The notes below the pieces were generated by a model. It worked only from the letters and a program-made list of their open reading frames with translations. It searched no databases and was not told where the DNA came from. Source: an uncultured Spirochaetales bacterium (GTDB lineage: Bacteria; Spirochaetota; Spirochaetia; SPDA01; CAZJBZ01). From it: 34,757 nucleotides of DNA. Shown piece by piece: positions 23,714-32,779 of the stretch. How positions within the stretch are numbered: position 1 is the first letter of the stretch; each line of letters starts with the position of its first letter. Location: positions 1 through 34,757 of the forward strand of contig CAZJBZ010000002.1 of NCBI GenBank assembly GCA_964543975.1, written 5' to 3'. The position numbers and the translations under genes were made by a program.

Positions 23714-25135
23714 CTATAGTTTATCGATAAGCATGGAACATTTCCCCGAGGGAATGGGAAGGGTCTTCTTTTTCTCCCCCAAAAGATTGAAGGTAAAATA
23801 GTAGAGTTTTTCCGATTCAAGCCGGATTTCCCATCCCCTTCCGCTCTTGTTGCTCAAAATGGTAATCATGTTCCGTTTGAGGGAGAGGCCTTCGATACCC
23901 ATAATTTCGAGTGTGGGGACAATCCAGTCCACCGTCTTCCGAGGCAGACTGATATAGAGTCCGATTACATTTTCTATCATAAGAGTGATTGAAGAGAGAG
24001 CGGCATACTGCAGGTAGAGAGGTTTCGGAAAACCTTCTTTGCCGGGCCATTGGGACGGCCCTTCACTTTTCGGGAGATAGGCTTCATAAAGATTGCCCTG
24101 CTTTTTCCCTTCGGGATGGAGTGTGTCGAGAATATAGTAGAGATGCCTGATCGAGCATTCTCGGGCAAAATCGTATCTGGCGAATTTTTCCAGCCCTTTG
24201 ATTACCATAAAGGTGTAGCACGGGAAAACCGATCCTCTGGCCCCTTTCCCTTTTTCGTCGAACATCGGTTCGGAGGATGCCAGACTGGGAAACGGGTTTT
24301 CCGTACCGAAACTCTCAGGCCTTTTTAGATGGTCGATAAGCGCGTTTGCCTTGTTTTCATTGGGAATCTCCGCCAATAAGGTCCAAAACGAAGCGATCGT
24401 TTTGACCTGGATCTGGTTCTCTTTTCGGTCCAAATCGTAATAGAACTGGTCCTCTTCATTCCACATCAGAGAGTTGATTCTGGTTTTAAGGGAGAAATAT
24501 TTCTTTTTGTAGGTAAAGCTGATCTCTTTATCGTTTAGGACGTCGCCTAACGCGGACATGTAGAGAGAGTTTATCGCTGCCTGCGCGTTAAAATCGATGG
24601 GATAGTAGAGCTTTTTCCTTGGAGAATTGTACATCATCGTCGCTTCCGTAGGGACCGCGTACAGCCCGTTTTCCTGCTGAAAGGTGGATTCCAACCAGAC
24701 AAAATACTTCTCCAATATCGGCATAATATCTTTTATTCGTTTTTTAAGGCCGATCTTGTGATAAATGTTGTACTCCGCCCAGGCAAAGAGCGGGGGAGGG
24801 ACCCCTTCCGGGTTTTTATCGCTAACCACCGTTTCTCCGGTAACCTCACTGTATTCCCCCCGAATGGCCCCGTTCGGTTCCTGTTTGGAATAAAAGTTTT
24901 CAAGAAGAGAAGTGACGGGATAGTTTTTATTGCTGTACACCAAGAAAAAGGTAGAGAGGATGGTTTCAAATTGGTTGATTGTTTCGCTTTCCGGGTAATT
25001 AAAATATTTGGCCTGTAAACCGTTTCTTTTGGTCCCTTTCTTCCAAAAATCTTGAATCCACGCCCAGGTGCGATCGTAGAGATCTACAAAGTCCTGATCG
25101 TAAAAATGAATTGTCGGAAAATCTTTTTTAACCAC
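23714..25135 (-). CDS. Six-hairpin (alpha/alpha-toroid) glycoside hydrolase, GH63/MGH1/trehalase-like
   Basis: 473-aa ORF with a GTG start and AGGAG upstream; no signal peptide. Blocks such as MWNEEDQFYYDLD and GSVFPCYTFMVIKGLEKF resemble this superfamily. The family assignment is tentative. Confidence 0.45.
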   Translation of the reverse strand: MVKKDFPTIHFYDQDFVDLYDRTWAWIQDFWKKGTKRNGLQAKYFNYPESETINQFETILSTFFLVYSNKNYPVTSLLENFYSKQEPNGAIRGEYSEVTGETVVSDKNPEGVPPPLFAWAEYNIYHKIGLKKRIKDIMPILEKYFVWLESTFQQENGLYAVPTEATMMYNSPRKKLYYPIDFNAQAAINSLYMSALGDVLNDKEISFTYKKKYFSLKTRINSLMWNEEDQFYYDLDRKENQIQVKTIASFWTLLAEIPNENKANALIDHLKRPESFGTENPFPSLASSEPMFDEKGKGARGSVFPCYTFMVIKGLEKFARYDFARECSIRHLYYILDTLHPEGKKQGNLYEAYLPKSEGPSQWPGKEGFPKPLYLQYAALSSITLMIENVIGLYISLPRKTVDWIVPTLEIMGIEGLSLKRNMITILSNKSGRGWEIRLESEKLYYFTFNLLGEKKKTLPIPSGKCSMLIDKL

Positions 25136-25362
25136 TACTGCTCCTCTGAAAGAAAAAAAGAATGGAATCCGTCTTCCTCTGCCTGATCGGACCGTTTCAT
25201 ATTCTCACTGTAACAAGCCCCATGCAAAAGAGGAATATATGGCAACTGCCCATGGGTTTATCAGGTTAATTATCTTCATGTAATTCGCATTTGAACGAGG
25301 TTCATATAGGTATACTCGTTAATAATAAAATGAAATTATGGTGAAGTCAAATAATTTAATTT

Positions 25363-25377
25363 CAGCAATTCGAAATG
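25363..25377 (+). repeat. Solo MITE-TIR-like 15-mer abutting the gatC promoter
   Basis: cagcaattcgaaatg. CAGCAATTCGAA equals the reverse complement of the MITE right end, and ATTCGAAATG equals the left TIR. It is followed by cGGCGCC and then TTGACA. Confidence 0.45.
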
Positions 25378-25384
25378 CGGCGCC

Positions 25385-25411
25385 TTGACATGTTTCGTCC
25401 CTCTCGATAAT
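25385..25411 (+). promoter_or_regulatory. Candidate promoter of the gatCAB-aspS operon
   Basis: TTGACA (25385-25390), 15 nt, GATAAT (25406-25411), 12 nt before the ATG at 25424. There is no clear SD. Confidence 0.45.
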
Positions 25412-25423
25412 GTGCTTCAATAT

Positions 25424-25747
25424 ATGGAAAGAAGGGAGCTGTTTCTAACCGCGGAATTGGCGATGCTCGAATTGAGTGAATTCGAGGTTAAAAAACTTCA
25501 GGAAGCCGTGACTGAGATGCTCGATTATTTCGATAAGATGAACGAAATGGATGTTGAAGATCTCGAACCAACCACCCACGCGTTGGCAAAACATAATCGG
25601 CTGCGAGAGGATATTTCCGGCGAAGCGGTAGAGACTATTCCCGACGGACGGCGCATGGTAATTCACTTACCGGTCGTCGCGGATGCCATACTATCGAATA
25701 GTCCGGAATCCGACGATCGATTTATTACAATACCGAACGTCCTGTAG
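25424..25747 (+). CDS. gatC: Asp-tRNA(Asn)/Glu-tRNA(Gln) amidotransferase subunit C
   Basis: ORF 25385..25747, trimmed to the ATG at 25424 (the longer form begins inside the -35 box). ...[45 protein letters not shown] fits the GatC pattern. Its position is directly upstream of gatA and gatB. Confidence 0.75.
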   Translation: MERRELFLTAELAMLELSEFEVKKLQEAVTEMLDYFDKMNEMDVEDLEPTTHALAKHNRLREDISGEAVETIPDGRRMVIHLPVVADAILSNSPESDDRFITIPNVL

Positions 25748-25787
25748 CTTTATCATTCCCGCACCATTACATCATGAGGTTTTTAAA

Positions 25788-27277
25788 GTGACTGTCGATT
25801 TATCCCCTTGGGTAAGGATACTGCGCGACACGGAAATACGCGAGAGGTATCTCTCCTATGTTGCGGAGTGGGAAGAAAAGATACACAGTTTTCTCGAATT
25901 CGATATCGATAAGGGGGTGGGGCTCAGCGTTGGACCCAAAACCGAGAAGGGTGCCGGTCCGCAGGCTGTACCGGTGGGCGGTACAGAAAAAAACGACGAG
26001 TTCGCGGGCATGCCGTTTGCCGTAAAAGACAACATAGCGGTCCAAGGCTTTCGCTTTACCTGCGGTTCAAAAATGCTGGAAAATCTGATTGCTCCTTATA
26101 CGGCGACATGCGTTCAAAAACTTCTCGACGCGGGGGCCGTTGTATTCGGAAAAACGAATTTGGATGAATTCGGAATGGGATCGTCCACCGACAATTCCGC
26201 GCTCTTGCAGACGAATAATCCGTGGGATGTCTCCCGCGTTGCCGGCGGTTCGAGCGGCGGTTCGGCCGCGGCGGTTGCCGCCGGACTGGTGCCCTTTGCC
26301 TTGGGCACCGATACCGGAGGTTCGGTCCGTCAACCGGCGGCTTTTTGCGGAGTATACGGGCTGAAACCGACCTACGGTTCCGTATCGCGATACGGCCTTA
26401 CCGCCTACGCATCTTCCCTGGAAGTACCGGGGATCATCACCAAATCGATCCCTTTGATGGAAGCTGTATTCAAGGTTGTACGAGGGACCGATCCTCTCGA
26501 CCATTCGACGGTCCCCTGCGAACCGGCAGGGCCCTCGGAATCGGAGGAATCGGTTGGTCGCGGCGATGTTGCCCGCGAAGACCGGTGCGGACGATAGGGA
26601 TTCTCTCTTCCCCGCTTTCTCTCGATCCGGATATTGAAAGCGGATATCTTTTGTGCATCGATACGTTGAAAAAGTTGGGTTACGACATCCGTGAGGTGGA
26701 ATTGCCGACTCTGGAATACGTGGTCCCTGCCTATTATACCATTGCGACGGCGGAGGCGAGCGCGAATCTGGCCAGATTCAACGGAATTCGATACGGAGCG
26801 CGGCCGGAAGCGTGTTCCGGACATGAGGAGCTGGTTAAAAAAGCACGAGACCACGGTTTCGGCGATGAGGTGAAACTGCGGATTTTACTCGGCACTTACG
26901 TTTTGCGCTCCGGTTTTCAGGACCAGTACTACCTGCGGGCGCAAAAAATCAGAACCGCCATTCGAAACGATTTTGCATCAATTTTTACCGAAGTAGACGC
27001 GCTGCTCACGCCCGCCTTTCCGACCTCCGCCTTCCAACACGGAAGCGCGGAAATGGACCCGTTCCGGCAAAAACTGGCCGACAAGTTTACCGGGACGGCA
27101 AATTTGGCCGGAATCCCGGCCCTCTCATTTCCCGTCGGTGTAGAGGCGGGGGTCCCCATCGGAATGCAGCTCCTGGCCCCGTTTTTCGCGGAAGAAAAAC
27201 TTTTCGAGGTCGCCGCGCGGTACGCGGAGGTGTATCCTGTGCCCGGTTGCCCCGGCTGCAGTGAGAAGTGGAGCTGA
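25788..27277 (+). pseudogene. gatA: Amidotransferase subunit A (gatA) interrupted by a -1-type frameshift between about 26515 and 26585; either a true pseudogene or a sequence error
   Basis: The N-terminal two-thirds is in ORF 25683..26597 (start probably GTG at 25788): [49 protein letters not shown], the amidase signature. The C-terminal third is in ORF 26222..27277, in a different frame: ...RTIGILSSP...YYTIATAEASANLARFNGIRYG...NLAGIPALSFPVG. The frame-0 stop is at 26595-26597. Confidence 0.8.
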
Positions 27278-27280
27278 ACC

Positions 27281-28714
27281 ATGTACACCTCTTTTATCGG
27301 ATTGGAGATTCATATTCGCCTCTTGACCGACACCAAGGTTTTTTGCAGCTGTAAGGCCGCCTTCGGGGATGAACCGAATACCAACATCTGTCCCGTCTGC
27401 ATGGGGTATCCCGGTGTTCTCCCTTCACTCAATCGTGAAGCGATGACAATGGCCTACCTGGTCGCACGCGCCCTCAACTGCAGTCTCAGCAGCCGCACCT
27501 ATTTCGAACGGAAAAACTATTTCTATCCCGACATGCCGAAGAACTATCAGATTTCGCAATTCGCCGCTCCCGTGGGTACGGACGGTTTTCTGAATCTTCA
27601 ATTGGGCGGAGAAATGAAAAAGGTCCGCGTCCACGACGTCCATGTGGAAGAGGACGCGGGGAAGATGATCCATTCGGGCGACACCTCTTATCTCGATTAC
27701 AACAGGGCGGGGACCTCACTCTTGGAAATCGTTACCATGCCCGATCTGACCACCGGAGAGGAAGCGGAGCAGTTTATTAGAGAGTTCCGCTCGATGGTCC
27801 GGTTCCTCGGCGTGTGCGACGGCAATATGGAGGAAGGATCGTTAAAATGTGACGCGAACGTATCGGTAAACGAGAAGGGGAAGGGGCTGGGAATAAAAAC
27901 CGAGGTAAAGAACATGAACTCTTCCCGGTTCATTAAACAGGCGCTTCAGTATGAGATTGAACGACAGATCGAACTGTTAGGTGAAAGGGAAACGCTCTCC
28001 CAGGAAACACGCCTCTGGAATGAGTCGACCGGTACGACCGAATTGATGCGCCGGAAGGAGAGTTCGCACGATTATCGTTACTTTCCCGAACCGGACCTCC
28101 CTCCGTTCGAGCCGAATGAGGAATTTCTGCAGTCGGTCGATGGGCTTTTAGTGGAACTGCCGTGGGAGCGGCGGAAACGCATGCGGGAGCAGTACGGGCT
28201 CTCCGAGGGCCAGGCGGAGTTCATCTGCGGGGAGAAGGAGAGTGCCGATTTTTATGAAGAGACGGTGGAACACGGCGCGGACGCGCAGCGGACTGCCGTG
28301 TGGTTGTGCGGAGACATCCAAAAAATAATCAACAGGGAAAGTATCCTTCTTGCCGACGGTCCCTTTACACCTGAGAGGGTGGCGGAGTTGATTTCATTGA
28401 TTGATGAAGGTACAATCAGCGGAAGAATCGCCAAAGATGTGGTTGAAGCCGTCTTCAGCGAAGACAAAGCGCCCCGCCTGATCGTCAAAGAGCACGGGTG
28501 GGAGCGGATCGGTGATGAATCAGCCGTCGAAACCATGGTCGATCAGGTGATGACCGAACAGGAGAAGGCGGTCGAACAGATAAAAGCCGGCAATACCAAA
28601 CCGGTCGGTTTTCTCGTGGGTCAGGTAATGAAGCTTTCTTCCGGCAAGGCGGACCCGAAGCTTGTCCGGCAGCTGATATGCCGGAAACTCAATATAAAAG
28701 AAGATAGACAATAG
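27281..28714 (+). CDS. gatB: Asp-tRNA(Asn)/Glu-tRNA(Gln) amidotransferase subunit B
   Basis: 477-aa ORF. IGLEIHIRL, CPVCMGYPGVLP and NYFYPDMPKNYQISQ are typical GatB blocks. Confidence 0.9.
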   Translation: MYTSFIGLEIHIRLLTDTKVFCSCKAAFGDEPNTNICPVCMGYPGVLPSLNREAMTMAYLVARALNCSLSSRTYFERKNYFYPDMPKNYQISQFAAPVGTDGFLNLQLGGEMKKVRVHDVHVEEDAGKMIHSGDTSYLDYNRAGTSLLEIVTMPDLTTGEEAEQFIREFRSMVRFLGVCDGNMEEGSLKCDANVSVNEKGKGLGIKTEVKNMNSSRFIKQALQYEIERQIELLGERETLSQETRLWNESTGTTELMRRKESSHDYRYFPEPDLPPFEPNEEFLQSVDGLLVELPWERRKRMREQYGLSEGQAEFICGEKESADFYEETVEHGADAQRTAVWLCGDIQKIINRESILLADGPFTPERVAELISLIDEGTISGRIAKDVVEAVFSEDKAPRLIVKEHGWERIGDESAVETMVDQVMTEQEKAVEQIKAGNTKPVGFLVGQVMKLSSGKADPKLVRQLICRKLNIKEDRQ

Positions 28715-28728
28715 GACGGACTTCCATC

Positions 28729-30513
28729 ATGAACTATTTTAGAACTCACGCGTGTAATGAATTACGTAGGGAGGATGTGGGAAAGCAGGTGAGGCTCTCC
28801 GGTTGGGTCCACAACAAAAGGGACCACGGCGGAGTCACGTTCATCGACCTTCGGGACCACTATGGTATTACCCAGGCGGTCAGCAATCCCGATTCTCCGG
28901 TCCATGATGAAGTGACCAGGCTTCCGAAAGAGACCGTTATCCGAATCGACGGGGTTGTTGTCCCCCGGTCGGAGGATACGATTAATACGAAGCTGGAAAC
29001 CGGAGAGGTGGAAGTAGTCATCGACTCGTATGAGATTTTGAGTTACTGTGACCACCTTCCGTTTCAGGTGTTTCCCGAGGAACAGGCACCCGAGGAGACG
29101 CGGCTGAAATACCGTTATATCGATCTGAGGCGGAAGAAACTACACGATACCATCATTTTTCGCTCCCGCGTTACCCAACGGGTACGGGAACTGATGACCG
29201 GTATGGGGTTCAGCGAAATTCAGACCCCCATCTTGACCAGCTCCAGTCCGGAGGGCGCGCGAGACTATTTGGTCCCATCCCGACTTCACCCCGGGAATTT
29301 TTACGCGCTCCCCCAGGCGCCCCAGCAATATAAACAGCTGTTGATGGTTGCCGGGTTTGATAAGTATTTTCAAATAGCTCCCTGTTTTCGGGATGAAGAC
29401 GCCCGTGCCAATAGAAGCCCGGGGGAGTTTTATCAGATTGATATGGAGATGTCTTTTGTCACCCAGGATGATGTATTTGGCGTGGTGGAAAACCTTTTTC
29501 ACACTCTCTTTACCGAGTTTACCGACTGTACTGTTGATGAAAAGCCGTTCACCCGTGTTCCGTACAGAGAAGCGCTCCTCAGGTACGGAACGGATAAACC
29601 GGACCTCCGTAATCCGATCGTTATCCGTGACGTGACCGAGGCGTTCAGAGGCTCCGAGTTTCAGGCATTCGCGCGGGTGATTGAAAAGGGCGGGGTGGTC
29701 CGGGCGATTCCGGTGCCGGGCATCGCGGACAAACCGAGAAGTTTTTTCGACGGTATGATCGAGTATGCTCAATCGATCGGTTCGAAAGGATTGGCCTATA
29801 TGATGTGGAACGGGGAGGAGGTGAAGAGCCCCATTGCAAAGTTTCTCACCTCCGAACGGATCGCCGCGATTAAGTCCGACTGCCAAGCCGATAACGGAGA
29901 CGTGGTTTTCTTTGTCTGTTCGGATGAAAAGGCCGCCGTTCGGATCGCCGGTGAGGTCCGCGTCAAATTGGGTGAAGACCTCGGTTTAATCGAGAAAAAT
30001 TGTTATCGGTTCTGCTGGATCGTCGATTATCCCCTCTTCGAATATAACAGGGAGTCCCGAACCATCTCCTTTTCCCACAATCCGTTTTCCATGCCGCAGG
30101 GAGGTTTGGAAGCCCTCAACAGTAAGGACCCGCTGGAGATTAATGCCTACCAGTACGATATCGTCTGCAACGGAGAAGAGCTCTCTTCCGGTGCCGTCCG
30201 GAACCATCGGCCCGATATCATGTACAAGGCCTTCAGCATCGCCGGATATCCGAAGGAAGAGGTCGATGAAAAGTTCGGCGGAATGATAAACGCATTCAAG
30301 CACGGTTCCCCGCCTCACGGCGGTATTGCTCCCGGGTTGGACAGAATAATCATGCTCCTGAGGGATGAGAAGAACTTACGGGAGGTAGTGGCGTTTCCTC
30401 TCAATCAACGGGCGCAGGACCCCATGATGGGCACACCGCGGGAAGCTTCGAAGAAGCAGCTGGACGAACTGCACCTTAAAATAAGCAAGAAGCATGAAGC
30501 AAAGCGGGTGTAG
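28729..30513 (+). CDS. aspS: Aspartate-tRNA ligase (bacterial type; probably non-discriminating, given its linkage to gatCAB)
   Basis: 594-aa ORF. Class II motifs: FYALPQAPQQYKQLLM, FRDEDARANRSPGEFYQIDMEMSF, GGIAPGLDRIIMLL. The non-discriminating status is an inference from gene context only. Confidence 0.9.
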   Translation: MNYFRTHACNELRREDVGKQVRLSGWVHNKRDHGGVTFIDLRDHYGITQAVSNPDSPVHDEVTRLPKETVIRIDGVVVPRSEDTINTKLETGEVEVVIDSYEILSYCDHLPFQVFPEEQAPEETRLKYRYIDLRRKKLHDTIIFRSRVTQRVRELMTGMGFSEIQTPILTSSSPEGARDYLVPSRLHPGNFYALPQAPQQYKQLLMVAGFDKYFQIAPCFRDEDARANRSPGEFYQIDMEMSFVTQDDVFGVVENLFHTLFTEFTDCTVDEKPFTRVPYREALLRYGTDKPDLRNPIVIRDVTEAFRGSEFQAFARVIEKGGVVRAIPVPGIADKPRSFFDGMIEYAQSIGSKGLAYMMWNGEEVKSPIAKFLTSERIAAIKSDCQADNGDVVFFVCSDEKAAVRIAGEVRVKLGEDLGLIEKNCYRFCWIVDYPLFEYNRESRTISFSHNPFSMPQGGLEALNSKDPLEINAYQYDIVCNGEELSSGAVRNHRPDIMYKAFSIAGYPKEEVDEKFGGMINAFKHGSPPHGGIAPGLDRIIMLLRDEKNLREVVAFPLNQRAQDPMMGTPREASKKQLDELHLKISKKHEAKRV

Positions 30514-31681
30514 CCGGCTCGGACGCTGTGTGCAGCGAGTGACGGTGTTCCCGTGGGTCGGCCTTCTTGTGCTGCTCACAACTCTTTCGGTTACCGGTTG
30601 CAAGGAGAATGTTAAGCCGGTTACGACTAGAACGGAGTTCTACCTCGGAACAAGCTGCACCCTAACACTCTATGACGGAACAAAGAAATCGCTGTTAGAC
30701 GATGTTTTTAACCGGATCGGAGAGATTGAAGCAATGATGAGCTTTCAGCGTCCGGACAGCGAGGTCTCTCTCATTAACCGTAATGCCGGGGTCCGGCCGG
30801 TTTCGGTCTCGGAGGAGACGCTGTGGGTGTGTGAACAGGCTGTACGGTTCGCCGCCCTCTCCGAGGGGGCCTTCGACATCACCATCGGGCCTCTTGTTGA
30901 ATTGTGGGGGATCGGAACGGAAGATGCCGCGATGCCTGAAACGGATCAGATCGAGTCGCTTCTTCCTCTCGTCGATTATCGAAAGATCCAAATCGATTCG
31001 AAAAACGGAACGATATATCTGCCGGAGGAAGGGATGAAGATCGACCTCGGGGGTATCGCGAAAGGGTATGCCGCGGATGAAGCGGGCCGGATTCTCCTGG
31101 ACGGCGGAATTTCCAGGGCAATAATCGATTTCGGCGGCAATGTCTACGCTCTGGGATCGAAGAGCGGAGAACAGCCGTGGCGGGTGGGCATTCAGCATCC
31201 GCGGGCGGGCAGGGGCAGTTACATCGGGATCGCGGAGGCTGAAGACAAGGCTTTCGTCAGCTCGGGAGATTACGAGCGCTACTTCATGGAATCGGGGACC
31301 AGATACCACCACATTCTGGATACCGAAACCGGCTATCCGGTGAGAAACGATGTCATCGGCGTAACGATTATCAGCGGCGATGCCCTTACGGCGGACGCTC
31401 TTTCTACCGCCGTTTTTTCTTTAGGGGCGGAGAAGGGGACGCGGCTGCTCTCATCGATTGGAGATGCCGGGACAACGGCCGGGGAGACGAACAGCGGTCC
31501 GCCTGCATCGGGGACCGGTCCGGAAGGAAGCGGAGGGATCATCGTGACCGAAGAGAAACTGATCTATCTTGTAGGTTCGATTGAGGGGGAATTCGATCTT
31601 GTCGACAACAGCTTTACGGTAGAGGATTATTCAATCAGCCCGGCAGTCGAAGAGAAAGCAGAAAAGAACACCAGTGAATAA
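30494..31681 (+). CDS. apbE: FAD:protein FMN transferase (ApbE/Ftp family) lipoprotein
   Basis: 395-aa ORF. Lipobox LSVTGC; GGIAKGYAADE motif; SGDYERYF. It carries a Gly/Pro/Thr-rich insertion near the C-terminus. The start overlaps the aspS end by 20 nt, so the start is uncertain. Confidence 0.8.
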   Translation: MKQSGCSRLGRCVQRVTVFPWVGLLVLLTTLSVTGCKENVKPVTTRTEFYLGTSCTLTLYDGTKKSLLDDVFNRIGEIEAMMSFQRPDSEVSLINRNAGVRPVSVSEETLWVCEQAVRFAALSEGAFDITIGPLVELWGIGTEDAAMPETDQIESLLPLVDYRKIQIDSKNGTIYLPEEGMKIDLGGIAKGYAADEAGRILLDGGISRAIIDFGGNVYALGSKSGEQPWRVGIQHPRAGRGSYIGIAEAEDKAFVSSGDYERYFMESGTRYHHILDTETGYPVRNDVIGVTIISGDALTADALSTAVFSLGAEKGTRLLSSIGDAGTTAGETNSGPPASGTGPEGSGGIIVTEEKLIYLVGSIEGEFDLVDNSFTVEDYSISPAVEEKAEKNTSE

Positions 31682-32255
31682 TGATCAAGAGGGCCAGGAA
31701 AAGCAGCCCGTCGATAGTAGTTATTATGGTATTTATTGCCGCTTTTTTCACCTTCGTGTCATCTTCGGTTAGCGTAAGCAGGAGAGTATCGAGTTTTCCA
31801 ATGGCCGATCCGCCGTCCACCGTTTTCCACCGTTCCGTGATCTGTTCGAAATAGAAAAAAGTCTTTCCCAAGAGCGTTCCCAGCGTGCCGGGTAGGCTGA
31901 TCGTGGGACGGACAAAAAACTTGGAACAGTAGATCAGCCCGATGAGGGTCGCCCCTTTGTTGACACCCGATTCGAGAGCACCACGCGTTATCCGCAGACC
32001 AAAAACAGAGAAAAAAAGTTCCCCGTAGGGCCGAAACAGGTTTACGATTACAATCGAGGCGAAGATGACCAGAGAGGGTAAAATTCGGACTGTCTTGCCG
32101 CAGAGAAGGACAAGCAGGAGAAACAGGACCAGATGCGCGGATTTAACCACCGGGTTCCCCGGAAGGAGGAACGGAGGGATAATCAGCAGTCCGCCTGCAA
32201 GAAGAAGTCTGTCCGAGATGTTTTTACGCAGGAAAGAGGAGAACCGCTCGGTCAT
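31635..32255 (-). CDS. Integral membrane protein of unknown function, last gene of the NusG_II / Gx-transporter operon
   Basis: ORF 31635..32288, trimmed to the ATG at 32255, which overlaps the upstream gene's TGA as ATGA. Several hydrophobic helices. Its 3' end overlaps the convergent apbE 3' end by 47 nt. Confidence 0.55.
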   Translation of the reverse strand: MTERFSSFLRKNISDRLLLAGGLLIIPPFLLPGNPVVKSAHLVLFLLLVLLCGKTVRILPSLVIFASIVIVNLFRPYGELFFSVFGLRITRGALESGVNKGATLIGLIYCSKFFVRPTISLPGTLGTLLGKTFFYFEQITERWKTVDGGSAIGKLDTLLLTLTEDDTKVKKAAINTIITTIDGLLFLALLIIIHWCSFLLSLRLPG

Positions 32256-32779
32256 ATCCAGTCCCTTCGCGAGGCGGCAGCTGCCCACTGTGATTTCTCA
32301 AGAAACCGGTAGGCGAACAGACCGAGCAGCAGGGAGCTCACCAAACCGATTGCTAAAAGCGGAGGTGCCGTCATCCACACCCCCTTTCCGAAGATAAGAA
32401 ACCGGGCCAAAACAAGCTGGGTACAGTTGCTTGCCAACGCGCCGAAAACACTCACTCCGATGACCGAAATATGTGCTTTGAACAGCCGTCGTGCTCCTAT
32501 CATGGTCAGGGCGGCGGCGTAGGTCCCGCAGCAGGAGAAGAGAAACACATATGAAAAGAGGGTCCCGTTGACCAATCCTTGGCCCAGCACTTTTAAAAGT
32601 GCGAGGAGAAGGACCGAGCGAAAGTCGAGAAAAAAGACGGCAAGAAGAATCGGCAGGTTCGCAATGCCCAGCCGGATGAACGGCAGCGGTTTGGGAACCA
32701 TATACTCTATTGTCGAGAGGAAGAGCGACATCGCCGCCATAACGGCGATGATCTCATATCGTTTAGTAGGTCCCGGCAT
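32252..32779 (-). CDS. Gx transporter family protein (Pfam Hpre_diP_synt_I-type membrane protein)
   Basis: 175-aa ORF. ...LSTIEYMVPKPLPFIRLGIANLPILLAVFFLD... matches the family's hallmark E-x-x-P-x-P-x-P-x-(K/R)-LG-(L/I)-AN block, as I remember it. Confidence 0.65.
   Translation of the reverse strand: MPGPTKRYEIIAVMAAMSLFLSTIEYMVPKPLPFIRLGIANLPILLAVFFLDFRSVLLLALLKVLGQGLVNGTLFSYVFLFSCCGTYAAALTMIGARRLFKAHISVIGVSVFGALASNCTQLVLARFLIFGKGVWMTAPPLLAIGLVSSLLLGLFAYRFLEKSQWAAAASRRDWI

Noticed and set aside
25239-25283. 14-codon ORF (MATAHGFIRLIIFM) with an AGAGGAA upstream, in the GH/gatC intergenic region
   Set aside because: It has only a weak SD, no coupling to a downstream gene, and no supporting context, unlike the 20-codon ORF at 12893-12955.
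26515-26597. Programmed -1 ribosomal frameshifting as the explanation for the gatA split
   Set aside because: The shift window contains no slippery heptamer or homopolymer, and I saw no obvious downstream stimulatory structure. A simple indel or sequencing error is more parsimonious.
26067-26854. Minus-strand ORFs (145 aa and 149 aa) and several short plus-strand ORFs inside gatA
   Set aside because: These are shadow frames of a GC-rich conserved gene. Only the two frames carrying amidase homology are meaningful.
29140-29886. 248-aa minus-strand ORF
   Set aside because: It lies entirely antisense within aspS, whose class II aaRS motifs are unambiguous. It has no SD and is a typical GC-rich shadow ORF.
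30695-31312. 205-aa minus-strand ORF
   Set aside because: It is antisense within apbE and Arg/Pro-rich, so it is a shadow frame.
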